Below are positions 24,198 through 33,044 of a stretch of 56,522 bases of DNA, in pieces. Every line of letters starts with the position of its first letter. The first letter of the stretch is position 1. The translations under genes and the position numbers were made by a program. Origin of the DNA: a bacterium (GTDB lineage: Bacteria; Patescibacteriota; Patescibacteriia; Patescibacteriales; VMTK01); contig JAUYAT010000057.1 in the NCBI GenBank assembly GCA_030693295.1, forward strand, positions 1 to 56,522, read 5' to 3'. The notes below the pieces were generated by a model. The model was not told where the DNA came from and ran no database searches. It saw nothing but the letters and a program-made list of their open reading frames with translations.

Positions 24198-25553
24198 TTA
24201 ACAGTTGTTGTAGATTAGCTGTTTGATGGAATTTATGTTTTGTTTTGTTCTTTCGTTTTCTTTAACTTCTTTGCGGATTTTATTGTGAGCGTGCATAGCC
24301 GTGGTATGGTCGCGGCCGCCTATTTCATGTCCGATTGTCGGAAAAGAGGTGTTAATTTCCTCTCTCATTAAATACATTGTGATTTGGCGCGGAACAACCA
24401 ATTCTTTTTTGCGGCTTTTGCCGATTATGTCTTTGATGTGAATATCAAAATATTTTGACACCGCCTCAAGTATAATTTTTGGCGTGGTTGACTTGGATTG
24501 ATAATCATTAATAATATTACTTAGAATGCTTTGAGTGGTTTCAATAGTGGGTATGGAATTATTAAATTCATAATAGGCGATTAAGCGGTTTAACGCTCCT
24601 TCCAGCTCTCTGACATTGCTTTGGATGTTATTAGCGATATAATTTAAAATATTTTCTTCAAGGAGGTAGTTTTTTTCTCTGCACTTAGCTTCAAGTATGG
24701 CCATTCTGGTTTCCAAATCGGGTAATGATATATCCGCTATCATGCCCCATTCAAAGCGAGAAAGCAGTCTTTTTTCCAGCGCGGGGATGGCTTTGGGCGG
24801 CCTGTCGGAAGAGATTACAATTTGTTTGTTGGTTTGGTGCAGTTCGTTGAAAGTATGAAAAAATTCTTGCTGGGTGCCGTCTTTGCCGCCCATAAACTGA
24901 ATGTCGTCAATCAGCAGCAAATCAACGTTGCGGTAGTGGTCTTTAAAATCCTTGGCAAGGCCGTTGCGCACCGCCTGGATGTAGTCATTGGTGAATCTTT
25001 CGCAAGTTACATAAAGAATTTTATCCGTTTTTTTTGACAGCTCGTGGCCGATTCCCTGCAAGAGATGGGTTTTGCCCAATCCCACGCCGCCGTAAATAAA
25101 AAGAGGATTATAGGCGTAGCCCGGGTTGGTGGCGACCGCCTGGCAGGCAGCGTGGGCCAGCTCGTTGTTTTTGCCTACTATAAAATTATTGAAAGTATAG
25201 CGGCTGTTTAAGCCAAAGCGGTTAACGGCGATGGGTTTGCTGGCAATAGCGCCGTCTTTTTTTATATCCATTTTTTTTAAAAGTTCGCTGATCGTGCCGG
25301 CTTTTTTAGTTTCAACTTTGTAAAAAATTTCTTTTATATTTTCTCCGGCGATGTTGTTGATTGCGCCGGCTATTTCTTTATGGTATTTTTTTTCCAGCCA
25401 AGCTTTTGTAAAAGCGTTGGGAACGCTGATAACGATTTTGCCGTTTTCATAAGAAGAAATGAAAGTGTTTTTAAACCAAGTGGTAAAATTAGCTTTTGAT
25501 AAATTTAGCTCTATTTCGCCTAAAACAGCTTGCCAAAGTTGTTCATTATTCAT
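24198..25553 (-). CDS. dnaA: chromosomal replication initiator DnaA
   Basis: NPLFIYGGVGLGKTHLLQ Walker A, LLIDDIQF Walker B, SSDRPP, VRELEGAL, C-terminal DNA-binding helix GGRDHTTAMHA. Confidence 0.97.
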   Translation of the reverse strand: MNNEQLWQAVLGEIELNLSKANFTTWFKNTFISSYENGKIVISVPNAFTKAWLEKKYHKEIAGAINNIAGENIKEIFYKVETKKAGTISELLKKMDIKKDGAIASKPIAVNRFGLNSRYTFNNFIVGKNNELAHAACQAVATNPGYAYNPLFIYGGVGLGKTHLLQGIGHELSKKTDKILYVTCERFTNDYIQAVRNGLAKDFKDHYRNVDLLLIDDIQFMGGKDGTQQEFFHTFNELHQTNKQIVISSDRPPKAIPALEKRLLSRFEWGMIADISLPDLETRMAILEAKCREKNYLLEENILNYIANNIQSNVRELEGALNRLIAYYEFNNSIPTIETTQSILSNIINDYQSKSTTPKIILEAVSKYFDIHIKDIIGKSRKKELVVPRQITMYLMREEINTSFPTIGHEIGGRDHTTAMHAHNKIRKEVKENERTKQNINSIKQLIYNNC

Positions 25554-25795
25554 AGCATGAGGAAGTTAATTATTAAAAGTATTAATTGAATATTTTTAGC
25601 CTGCGGCCAAGGCGCGATTGCCTAAAAGCATTATAACAGCAAAATAATAATTGTAAAATACCCGGCAATGTTTACAAGCTGTTGATAAAAAGTGGATAAT
25701 AATAAATTAATAATAAATCGCGGTTGACCAACTAAAACAGAAGTGTTATGCTTTGTAATAAAGAAATTAAATTTTAATTCGTAATTCAAAGTTAT

Positions 25796-25933
25796 ATGCC
25801 AAAAAGAACATATCAGCCCAATGTTAAGCGCGCCAAAAAGAAACATGGCTTTAGAAAAAGAATGCAAACCAAAAATGGAAAAAACGTGATTCAAAGGCGA
25901 AAGGCAAAGGGCAGAAAAAAATTGACAAAATAA
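25796..25933 (+). CDS. rpmH: 50S ribosomal protein L34 (not in ORF track; 45 aa)
   Basis: Hand translation [45 protein letters not shown] is the L34 signature. The stop is 2 nt before the rnpA ATG. Confidence 0.9.
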   Translation: MPKRTYQPNVKRAKKKHGFRKRMQTKNGKNVIQRRKAKGRKKLTK

Positions 25934-25935
25934 TT

Positions 25936-26277
25936 ATGTTGCCTAAAATTAACTGTTTAACAAAAGACAAAGAATTTAATAATGTTTTTCAACACGGGCA
26001 AGCCGGTTTTAATAAGATTATTGGGGTTAAAGCGGTACGGAACCAATCAGACAAAAGCCGTTTTGGCATTGTAGTTAGCGCTAAAATCAGCAAAAAAGCC
26101 GTTGAACGCAATAAAATTAAAAGACAAATCAGAGAGATAATAAGGGCGCGATTAGATAAAATAAAATCCGGCTATGATATTATGATTATCAGTTTGCCGG
26201 ATATTTTGGGCAAGAATTATCAGGAGATAGAGGAGTCAATTAGCCGGCATTTTAAAAGATTGGGGCTGTATAAATAA
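25936..26277 (+). CDS. rnpA: ribonuclease P protein component
   Basis: [27 protein letters not shown] (the RNR motif region) and position after rpmH. Confidence 0.9.
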   Translation: MLPKINCLTKDKEFNNVFQHGQAGFNKIIGVKAVRNQSDKSRFGIVVSAKISKKAVERNKIKRQIREIIRARLDKIKSGYDIMIISLPDILGKNYQEIEESISRHFKRLGLYK

Positions 26278-26281
26278 ATAT

Positions 26282-26530
26282 ATGTTAGCTCAATACCCGC
26301 GTTATTTTGTAATTAAGATATTAAAATTATATCAACGGACATTATCTTTTGACCATGGTTTTTTCAAGGCGCTTTTTCCTTACGGCTATTGCCGATTCCG
26401 CCCCACTTGCTCGGAATACGCCATAAAAGCCGTGGAAAAATATGGAGTGATAAAAGGCGGCGCAAAAGCCCTGTGGCGAGTAACGCGCTGCAACCCCTGG
26501 AATAAGGGAGGATGGGATCCGGTTAAATGA
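26282..26530 (+). CDS. yidD: membrane protein insertion efficiency factor YidD
   Basis: CRF.PTCSEYA..A....G...G......R..RC.P....G.DPV signature. Confidence 0.9.
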   Translation: MLAQYPRYFVIKILKLYQRTLSFDHGFFKALFPYGYCRFRPTCSEYAIKAVEKYGVIKGGAKALWRVTRCNPWNKGGWDPVK

Positions 26531-26556
26531 TTTTTGATTTAGAATTTTAGAAAATT

Positions 26557-27297
26557 ATGTTTCAGACATTTTTCTATCAGCCGATATTCAATCTTTTGAT
26601 TTGGCTATATAATATTATTCCCGGGCACGATCTTGGCTTGGCGATAATCGCTTTAACCGTAATTATAAAGTTAGCCCTGTTGCCGCTGTCCAAGCAGTCA
26701 ATCAAATCGCAGAAAGCATTGCAGGAACTTCAGCCAAAAATTGACGAGATAAAGAAAAAGTACGCTGATAAAAAAGAAGAGCAGGCGAAAGCGATGATGG
26801 AGCTGTATAAGCGGGAAAAAGTCAATCCTTTTTCTTCCTGCCTGCCACTGATTATTCAGCTGCCGTTTTTATGGGCGGTTTTCCAAGTTTTTCGCGACGG
26901 TTTAAACGGAGAAGCTTTGGATTTGGTTTATTCTTTTATCAGCAGGCCGGAAGCATTAAAAGTAATATCTTTTGGTTTTCTTAATTTGTCGCAACCCAAT
27001 ATGGTTTTGGCTGTTTTAGCCGGGCTTGCCCAGTTTTGGCAGGCGAAAATGATGATAACCAAGCGCCCGGAGATAAAATCGGAAGGTTCCAGAGATGAAA
27101 ATATAATGGCGATTATGAACAAGCAGATGCTGTATTTTATGCCTATTTTAACCGTTGTGATCTGTATGCAGTTCTCCAGCGGCCTGGCGCTTTATTGGCT
27201 TACTACCACAATTTTAACCGCTTTTCAGCAATTGTATATTTTTAAGCGCAAAGAAGTTAAAAATGATAAAGTTATTGAAGGAGAAGTAATTAAATAG
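26557..27297 (+). CDS. yidC: membrane protein insertase YidC (short Gram-positive-like form)
   Basis: LLPLS.KQ..S......LQP....I..KY........Q..M.LYK....NP...CLP...Q.P pattern and synteny. Confidence 0.9.
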   Translation: MFQTFFYQPIFNLLIWLYNIIPGHDLGLAIIALTVIIKLALLPLSKQSIKSQKALQELQPKIDEIKKKYADKKEEQAKAMMELYKREKVNPFSSCLPLIIQLPFLWAVFQVFRDGLNGEALDLVYSFISRPEALKVISFGFLNLSQPNMVLAVLAGLAQFWQAKMMITKRPEIKSEGSRDENIMAIMNKQMLYFMPILTVVICMQFSSGLALYWLTTTILTAFQQLYIFKRKEVKNDKVIEGEVIK

Positions 27298-27330
27298 TTA
27301 ATCAATTTGAATTGCGAAACACTATTTTAC

Positions 27331-27404
27331 TGTCATTCCCGCGAAAGCGGGAATCTAGGCGTTAAGCGAATAAAATCTGGATTCCCGCTTTCGCGGGAAT
27401 GACA
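27331..27404. repeat. palindromic repeat family A, inverted pair
   Basis: TGTCATTCCCGCGAAAGCGGGAATC, 21-nt spacer, CTGGATTCCCGCTTTCGCGGGAATGACA. Confidence 0.85.
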
Positions 27405-27556
27405 AAGCAGAGCAAAATTAATTAAAGGCGAGATTCGTAAGTCTCGTTTTATTTTATTTTAAGGAAAATTATTAATAAATATGTTATAGTGAAAATAAAT
27501 ATTAATATTAATTATTCGCACTTTCAAATAAAAAATAAAAAAAGGGGGGATATAAA

Positions 27557-28639
27557 ATGCCGTTACCAAAACTTACTATCAGAGGGAGAGAAATCGCAAC
27601 ATCCATAGTTCAAGGCGGCATGGGCGTTGGAGTATCGTGGCTGGATTTGGTTGTTGCCGTGATTATGGAGGGCGGGCTGGGAACGCTTTCCAGCGCGGCC
27701 ATTGACAGACTTGTGTATTTTGAAACAGGGAAAAAAATGCCGACACGCGAGGCAACTTGCTGGGCGGTGAAAGAGGTTAAAAGGAGAACCGGAGGAGGAT
27801 ATGTCGGGATAAATATAATGCAAGCCCTTGTTAGGGATTATGTAGATTCCGTGCTGGGCGCCGTAGATGGAGGGGTTGATTTTATTATGGCAAGCGCCGG
27901 ATTGCATTTAAGATTGCCGGAAATTGTTGGCAATAAAGATGTTGCTTTAATACCGATTGTTTCTTCAGATAGGGCTTTAAAAATTATTTGTGGTAGATGG
28001 AAAAGCAGGCATAATCGTTTGCCTGATGCGGTAATTTTGGAAGGTCCCCAATCAGCGGGGGGGCATTTGGGGGTTAAAATAGGAGAAATAGATTTAGAAG
28101 AAAATAAGTTGGAAAATTTATTTCCACCTATAAAGCAATATGCCAACTTTCTTGGTATTCTGGTAATTGTGGCGGGCGGGTTATTTTACCATACTGACAT
28201 TTTACGCTGGCATGCCTTAGGCGCTGATGGCGCGCAGTTCGGCACAAGGCTTCTTGCCACAAAAGAAAGCGGAGCAAGTCCGCTGTTTAAGCAAGAGCTT
28301 GTCAAGTGCGGCGCAGAAGGCATTATTGTTGCATACCCGACTCAAAATTACCCGGGATCGTCAAGCGGGCTTCCGTTCAGGGTGATTAAAAGTTCTCCCG
28401 CGTTTACGCATAATCAATGGCGCAAAAATATTTGCGACAAGGGCTATATAAAACCCAAGGACAGAGATTGTCCGGCAAAGAGCGATCCGGAGCGTCATTT
28501 TTGCATCTGTAATTCGCTGTTAGCCGCCATCGGATATGGCGATGGCCTGCCACTTTTTACGACAGGAACTAACGGAGCGTTAATAAAAGAAATCTCCACC
28601 GTTGCTCGGGTAATGAAAGAGCTTAGGGGAGAAATATAA
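27557..28639 (+). CDS. FMN-dependent oxidoreductase, nitronate monooxygenase / FabK-like family
   Basis: IVQGGMGVGVS N-terminal motif, EGP.SAGGH, AGG.....D.......GADG.Q.GT.. pattern. Cys-rich C-terminal extension. Confidence 0.7.
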   Translation: MPLPKLTIRGREIATSIVQGGMGVGVSWLDLVVAVIMEGGLGTLSSAAIDRLVYFETGKKMPTREATCWAVKEVKRRTGGGYVGINIMQALVRDYVDSVLGAVDGGVDFIMASAGLHLRLPEIVGNKDVALIPIVSSDRALKIICGRWKSRHNRLPDAVILEGPQSAGGHLGVKIGEIDLEENKLENLFPPIKQYANFLGILVIVAGGLFYHTDILRWHALGADGAQFGTRLLATKESGASPLFKQELVKCGAEGIIVAYPTQNYPGSSSGLPFRVIKSSPAFTHNQWRKNICDKGYIKPKDRDCPAKSDPERHFCICNSLLAAIGYGDGLPLFTTGTNGALIKEISTVARVMKELRGEI

Positions 28640-28672
28640 ACAAGAGGCTTGCTAGCAATAGCGAGCCTCCTT

Positions 28673-30160
28673 TTAAATCGCTTTACTGATATAGTAATCC
28701 ACCGGCGCGTAATCATCAGTTAAAATCGGCATATCGGCATCAATTTCTTTTTTCCACAGATGTTGCAAATATTCATTTAGTTTCGGGTCGCTATTATTAA
28801 AAACTTGATCATTTTTTGATTTTAACGCCACTAAAATTATGTTTTGGACTTCTTTTCCGTCAGCAGGTTGTCTTACCGGGAACAAATAAACTTGCGGAAA
28901 AATACTTTTGTAGGTTGCGTATTCCGCTCTTAAAAATTCCCCCTTCTTGCCTTCAATTGAAGAAATAATATTCAAAATGACAACCCCGTTATTATTCAGT
29001 ATATCATATTTTCTTTGCGCCGCTTCTTTTGTTGTTAATTGGTACGGCACGGAATAATGCGAGCCAAAAGCATCGCCAAAAATCGCGTCATACTTTTCTC
29101 GCGTTTTGTTTAAATACACTCTGCCGTCTTCGTGATAAATGTTTAATCTTGGGTTTTCTTTTAAATTAAAATATTTTTTCGCGAGCTCGGTAACCATCGG
29201 ATCTATTTCAATCACATCTATTGTGTTCTGCGGGTACTTGTTTAAATAATCTTTCGGATATGAATATCCCGCTCCGCCAAACATTAAAGCTTTTTTGAAA
29301 TTGGGATTAAAGTGTTTTGCCAAGTGATAATATTTTGTGTACTCGTTAACCAGATCATCGCTATCCAAAAACATTGATGATTGGTTTTCGTTGTTAATCC
29401 CCATTATTTTTACTGGTTTGTTTGTTGTTGCGTCTTTGTGGTTATAAATCCAAATGCGATTATAGGCGGTGTCAATGTCCGCGAATTCATTTTTTTCAGA
29501 TATAAAATTAAATCCGCTAATCGTTAACAAGCCGAATAAAGCGATTATTAAAGCGTATAATTTAATTTTAATAAATTGTTTCGCGGAAAGAAGCATGGAA
29601 ATAATAATTAATGTTATTGACAGTATAATCAGCAATTTGTTCGTCCCGAATCGCGGAATTAAATAAAATCCGGAAAGAAACGTGCCCACTATGCTTCCGG
29701 TGGTGGATATCGCGTAAAGATTTCCCACCATTGAACCGGAAGTGCTTAAGTCGTCTATTTTAAGTTTCGCGGCATAAGGAGAAACCATTCCCAGCAATAC
29801 GCTGGTTGGCAAAAACAAAATCAAGGACGCGAGAATTGATCCTGTTTTAGCGCCGGTAAAATTATTCTGCAAAATAAGAAGCAGGGGATCCTTAATAATA
29901 ATGGCAAGCCCGATAAAAATTGATGATAAAAAAATAATCAAAGATAAATTATGAAAACTGGGATTTTTGTCCGCGATTTTTCCGCCAAGATAGTAACCCA
30001 AGCTAAGGCTTCCCAAGATAATGCCTATTAAGCTAGTCCAAACAAAAATAGAGGTCCCGAAATACGGTCCAAGCACTCTTGAGCCGACAAGCTCAAAAAT
30101 CATAACAACCGCGCCGCAAGTAAACACCGTCGCTTCCAATATGTATTTATAAATTTTCAT
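28673..30160 (-). CDS. fused membrane domain / spermidine-synthase-like SAM-dependent aminopropyl- or methyltransferase
   Basis: About seven N-terminal TM helices, then GGAGYSYPK, IDVIEIDP and DAIFGDAF motifs of the spermine/spermidine synthase fold. ATG at 30160 chosen because the upstream codons are read from a REP. Confidence 0.75.
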   Translation of the reverse strand: MKIYKYILEATVFTCGAVVMIFELVGSRVLGPYFGTSIFVWTSLIGIILGSLSLGYYLGGKIADKNPSFHNLSLIIFLSSIFIGLAIIIKDPLLLILQNNFTGAKTGSILASLILFLPTSVLLGMVSPYAAKLKIDDLSTSGSMVGNLYAISTTGSIVGTFLSGFYLIPRFGTNKLLIILSITLIIISMLLSAKQFIKIKLYALIIALFGLLTISGFNFISEKNEFADIDTAYNRIWIYNHKDATTNKPVKIMGINNENQSSMFLDSDDLVNEYTKYYHLAKHFNPNFKKALMFGGAGYSYPKDYLNKYPQNTIDVIEIDPMVTELAKKYFNLKENPRLNIYHEDGRVYLNKTREKYDAIFGDAFGSHYSVPYQLTTKEAAQRKYDILNNNGVVILNIISSIEGKKGEFLRAEYATYKSIFPQVYLFPVRQPADGKEVQNIILVALKSKNDQVFNNSDPKLNEYLQHLWKKEIDADMPILTDDYAPVDYYISKAI

Positions 30161-30186
30161 TTTGACAATGCAAACAATAATTAATT

Positions 30187-30310
30187 TGGTCTCGGCACAG
30201 TCTCCTCGCAAGGGACTGTGCCGCCGTGAATTTTTATTTTAATAATTTTTTGGTCTCGGCATTTTTTGGTCTCGGCACAGTCTCCTCGCAAGGGACTGTG
30301 CCGCCGTGAA
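30187..30310. repeat. two tandem REP hairpins plus a partial copy
   Basis: TTGGTCTCGGCACAGTCTCCTCGCAAGGGACTGTGCCGCCGTGAA at 30187-30230 and 30267-30310. Partial TTGGTCTCGGCA at 30250-30261. Confidence 0.85.
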
Positions 30311-30315
30311 ATTTT

Positions 30316-30867
30316 TTAAAAATCCATAATATCTACCGCGTAATACCCCTTGCCTAAAATATAATTAGACGCGCTTGAATATAAGTATTCTTCCGGATTC
30401 TCCGCTAAACCCCATTTTTCATGGCAAGGGTTGTTATGAATATAATTTAATTTCTGTAAAAAGAATTTTTGCGACTGGATTATTAATGAATCAAACCTTT
30501 TCTTAAACACTTTATGTTTTGCGTTACTCTTGACATCGGCCTTTGCTTTGAAAAAATTCAGCATTTCTCTATTTCCGTCCTTTTCCAGTTGAGCCACTAT
30601 TCCATAGGCTAAAAATCTTTTGGCGTTTTGCGTTAATTTTGAAATATCCGGCGCTGCTGTTGACAGTTTAATTATACAATGCAGATGATTGGGCATTATT
30701 ACATAGCCGTAAATTTTATTGCCGTATTTATCGCGCATGTAATCAAACCATTTATAAACCAATGAGCAATATTTATCGCTGATAAAAATATGCTTCCAAT
30801 CTAATATTGTAAAAGTAACAAAATATATTTCATTATTTGTATTTGTTATTTTAACCCGTACTGCCAT
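30316..30867 (-). CDS. IS200/IS605-like Y1 (HUH) transposase, RAYT type
   Basis: YVIMPNHLHCII (HUH motif) and YIHNNP (catalytic Tyr region). 183 aa. Confidence 0.85.
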   Translation of the reverse strand: MAVRVKITNTNNEIYFVTFTILDWKHIFISDKYCSLVYKWFDYMRDKYGNKIYGYVIMPNHLHCIIKLSTAAPDISKLTQNAKRFLAYGIVAQLEKDGNREMLNFFKAKADVKSNAKHKVFKKRFDSLIIQSQKFFLQKLNYIHNNPCHEKWGLAENPEEYLYSSASNYILGKGYYAVDIMDF

Positions 30868-30892
30868 AAATTAATATTTTTACTGCTCATTG

Positions 30893-30934
30893 CCGCGGCA
30901 CAGTCCCTTGAGAGGAGATTGTGTCGAGACCGAA
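30893..30934. repeat. inverted REP copy upstream of the RAYT gene
   Basis: CCGCGGCACAGTCCCTTGAGAGGAGATTGTGTCGAGACCGAA, an imperfect reverse complement of the 30187 REP. Confidence 0.8.
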
Positions 30935-30992
30935 TGTAATAAAGTTCAAGTGCAATGTGGTCGGAGCAAAGCGGAGAAGTTGCCGAGCCGAG

Positions 30993-31244
30993 CTATTGCT
31001 GTATCTCTTCACATTCTGAAATCATTTTTGGGTTATCTTTAAAGAAATCTATGCATTTTTGTGGACCGTTATTCGCGCTTAATATAACCCAACAACTAGG
31101 CTTGTCAGACGGTAGGGTGGTGCACAAATTGCAACAATTTTTTTCAGTATCAGAATCGGAAACACCTTGATCTTTATTAATGCATCCCGCAATTAATATT
31201 ACTGATGCAAATAATGCGATTAATAATAGTAATTTATACTTCAT
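30993..31244 (-). CDS. small Cys-rich lipoprotein, hypothetical
   Basis: MKYKLLLLIALFASVILIAGC lipobox. Eight cysteines in the 60-aa mature part. Confidence 0.55.
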   Translation of the reverse strand: MKYKLLLLIALFASVILIAGCINKDQGVSDSDTEKNCCNLCTTLPSDKPSCWVILSANNGPQKCIDFFKDNPKMISECEEIQQ

Positions 31245-31337
31245 AGAAATATAATAATTATTATGTTAATAAATTTTTTGCTCGGCTCGACAATTATGCC
31301 TAACAAATTATATGTGAACTTATTAATTTTTTTATTT

Positions 31338-31559
31338 AACTTCGCGAACAAGACGTTTACGATTAAATTAAAAACTTCGCTGGCTCCATAGTTCCCGACG
31401 CTTCGGGACTGTGGAGCCCGAGTGCGGGCCTTTTAATATTCTAAAAATCATTTTATTATCCGCCGAGGCCTGCATTTTAGCTCCATAGGGCTGCGGCCAC
31501 TATGGAGCCAGCGCGGGTCTAACTTCGCAAACAAGACATTTGTGATTAAATTAAAAACT
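31338..31559. repeat. 39-nt direct repeats bracketing two REP-like hairpins
   Basis: AACTTCGCGAACAAGACGTTTACGATTAAATTAAAAACT (31338-31376) and AACTTCGCAAACAAGACATTTGTGATTAAATTAAAAACT (31521-31559). Hairpins CTCCATAGTTCCCGACGCTTCGGGACTGTGGAG and CTCCATAGGGCTGCGGCCACTATGGAG lie between them. Confidence 0.7.
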
Positions 31560-32300
31560 CCTGCCCTTGCCCACGATGACATTCAGCTTCTGCTTGGCAA
31601 TGCTGATTTCCGCCGGAGCCGGAACCTTGATTGAATTATCAAGAATGATGGGATGGCTTTCATTGAGGATGGTTAATGTTTTAAAAGGAAAAACCGATTG
31701 GCCGGTTATTTTTTTAAAAAAGCTTTTTGAATCTTTGGTTTTGATAAAGAGCTCCAAGATTCCATCTTGCGGGTCAATTTTAATTTTTTCAGGCAAGGGC
31801 TCGTTGTTGATATTTAAATTAATAATATTTATTTCGCCCGGACCCATAATTTCAATTGAATAATTTTTGTCAATTTCAACAACCGTCCCCTTGTTAGTTA
31901 TGGCGGCTTTGGCCAAAAAATATAAATTATTGGCTTGGCCCAAATTAAGCTTGGTGATTCTTCTGGCTGATAAAATATCACAGGCCTCTTCTTCCAAGCC
32001 AATGCCTAAACCGGCGGCAATCAGGTTGTTGTCTTTGCCCATCGGAATAATTCCCAAAGGAACGCTGCTGCCGGCCATTGAATTTATTACTTGGCTTACG
32101 GTGCTGTCATTGCCGACCGCGACAATGGTTTTCGCTCCCCGCTTAAGTTCGGTATCCACCAAACTAACAATGTTTTTCATTAAACCTAAGCGGCAAATTT
32201 TGCCGTTCAAGCCAAGATCGGTGATGCGGGTTTCAATAGAGGCCAAAAGTTTGTCGTATTTTTTTTGATTCACATAAGAATCGTAGATATAGACGTGCAT
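31551..32300 (-). CDS. diacylglycerol/lipid kinase family protein (YegS/BmrU-like), divergent
   Basis: DAGK catalytic-domain layout: IVAVGNDSTVSQV in place of GGDGT, then PLGIIPMGKDNN. Confidence 0.7.
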   Translation of the reverse strand: MHVYIYDSYVNQKKYDKLLASIETRITDLGLNGKICRLGLMKNIVSLVDTELKRGAKTIVAVGNDSTVSQVINSMAGSSVPLGIIPMGKDNNLIAAGLGIGLEEEACDILSARRITKLNLGQANNLYFLAKAAITNKGTVVEIDKNYSIEIMGPGEINIINLNINNEPLPEKIKIDPQDGILELFIKTKDSKSFFKKITGQSVFPFKTLTILNESHPIILDNSIKVPAPAEISIAKQKLNVIVGKGRSF

Positions 32301-32303
32301 ATT

Positions 32304-32684
32304 TTATTCTTTTTCCTTCTTAGCGTTAGCCGCTCCTTCTGCTGCCATTGTGCATTTGCCGTTTAAGATTGCTCCGCGCTCAATTGACAGGATTGACGCT
32401 TCAACATCGCCGAAAATTTTAGCCGCGGCCATGATTTCCAAATAGCCCTTGATTTTAACATTGCCGTTAACCTGTCCGCTGATTTTCGCGTCACCGGCTT
32501 CAATTTCCGCCGTAACTTTGGCTTTATCTCCGATATGCAGGCTGCCCTTGGTTTTTAAACTGCCTTCAACAATGCCTTCAACAACAATGTTGCCCTGGCT
32601 GTTAAAATCGCCTTTGACTTTTACAGAGGGGCCGATAATCGTTTCAACTTTTTTAAAACTTTCTTCTTCTTGGCTTTTAAACAT
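32304..32684 (-). CDS. bactofilin-family cytoskeletal protein
   Basis: Repetitive beta-helix pattern VKGDF.S.GN..VEG.VEG........L.IG..A.V.A.I.A....I.G.V.GN. Confidence 0.85.
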   Translation of the reverse strand: MFKSQEEESFKKVETIIGPSVKVKGDFNSQGNIVVEGIVEGSLKTKGSLHIGDKAKVTAEIEAGDAKISGQVNGNVKIKGYLEIMAAAKIFGDVEASILSIERGAILNGKCTMAAEGAANAKKEKE

Positions 32685-32884
32685 ATGCTTGTTTAACGGC
32701 GCGAATAAGCGTATATTAGGTGTATTATACGCGCTGTTTATTAAATAATTAAAATCCCCTCCCGTATTTTAATTTTAGCAGGGTTTTGCCGTTTGTCAAA
32801 GTAAAAAAAATATAGTAATATATAATTATTCTGAATTACAGAGCTTTTAAAAATAAAAATTTGTATTAATAGTAGAAAAAATAG

Positions 32885-33029
32885 TAATATTAGCAAAATA
32901 TTTATTATGCTGTATTAAATTTTCTTTAATATTAGCGATATTATTTTTATTTTTGTTTAATATTAGCGATATTATTTATCATTTTACCTAATATTAGCCA
33001 TATTATTTATAGTTTTGTTTAATATTAGC
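32885..33029 (+). repeat. iteron-like TAATATTAGC(G/C)ATATTATTTAT repeats, four copies at an exact 31-bp period plus one upstream
   Basis: TAATATTAGC at 32885, 32927, 32958, 32989 and 33020. The last ends 15 nt before the nested tRNA locus. Another copy is at 34921-34930. Confidence 0.8.
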
Positions 33030-33044
33030 GATTAATTCCTTTTT

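Larger units (their letters stand above)
30187..30934 (-). mobile_element. RAYT (REP-associated tyrosine transposase) locus with flanking REPs
   Basis: Y1/HUH transposase gene bracketed by two direct REPs on one side and an inverted REP on the other. Confidence 0.75.

Noticed and set aside
30955-31170. 71-aa plus-strand ORF
   Set aside because: It is antisense to the better-supported lipoprotein ORF (lipobox, Cys-rich mature part) and begins inside the REP flank.
32885-33029. Possible CRISPR array, given the regular direct repeats
   Set aside because: The period is only 31 bp. The repeated core takes about 22 bp of that, leaving roughly 9-nt 'spacers'. The repeats are extremely AT-rich and non-palindromic, and no cas genes are present. 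The pattern fits iterons or stacked promoters better.
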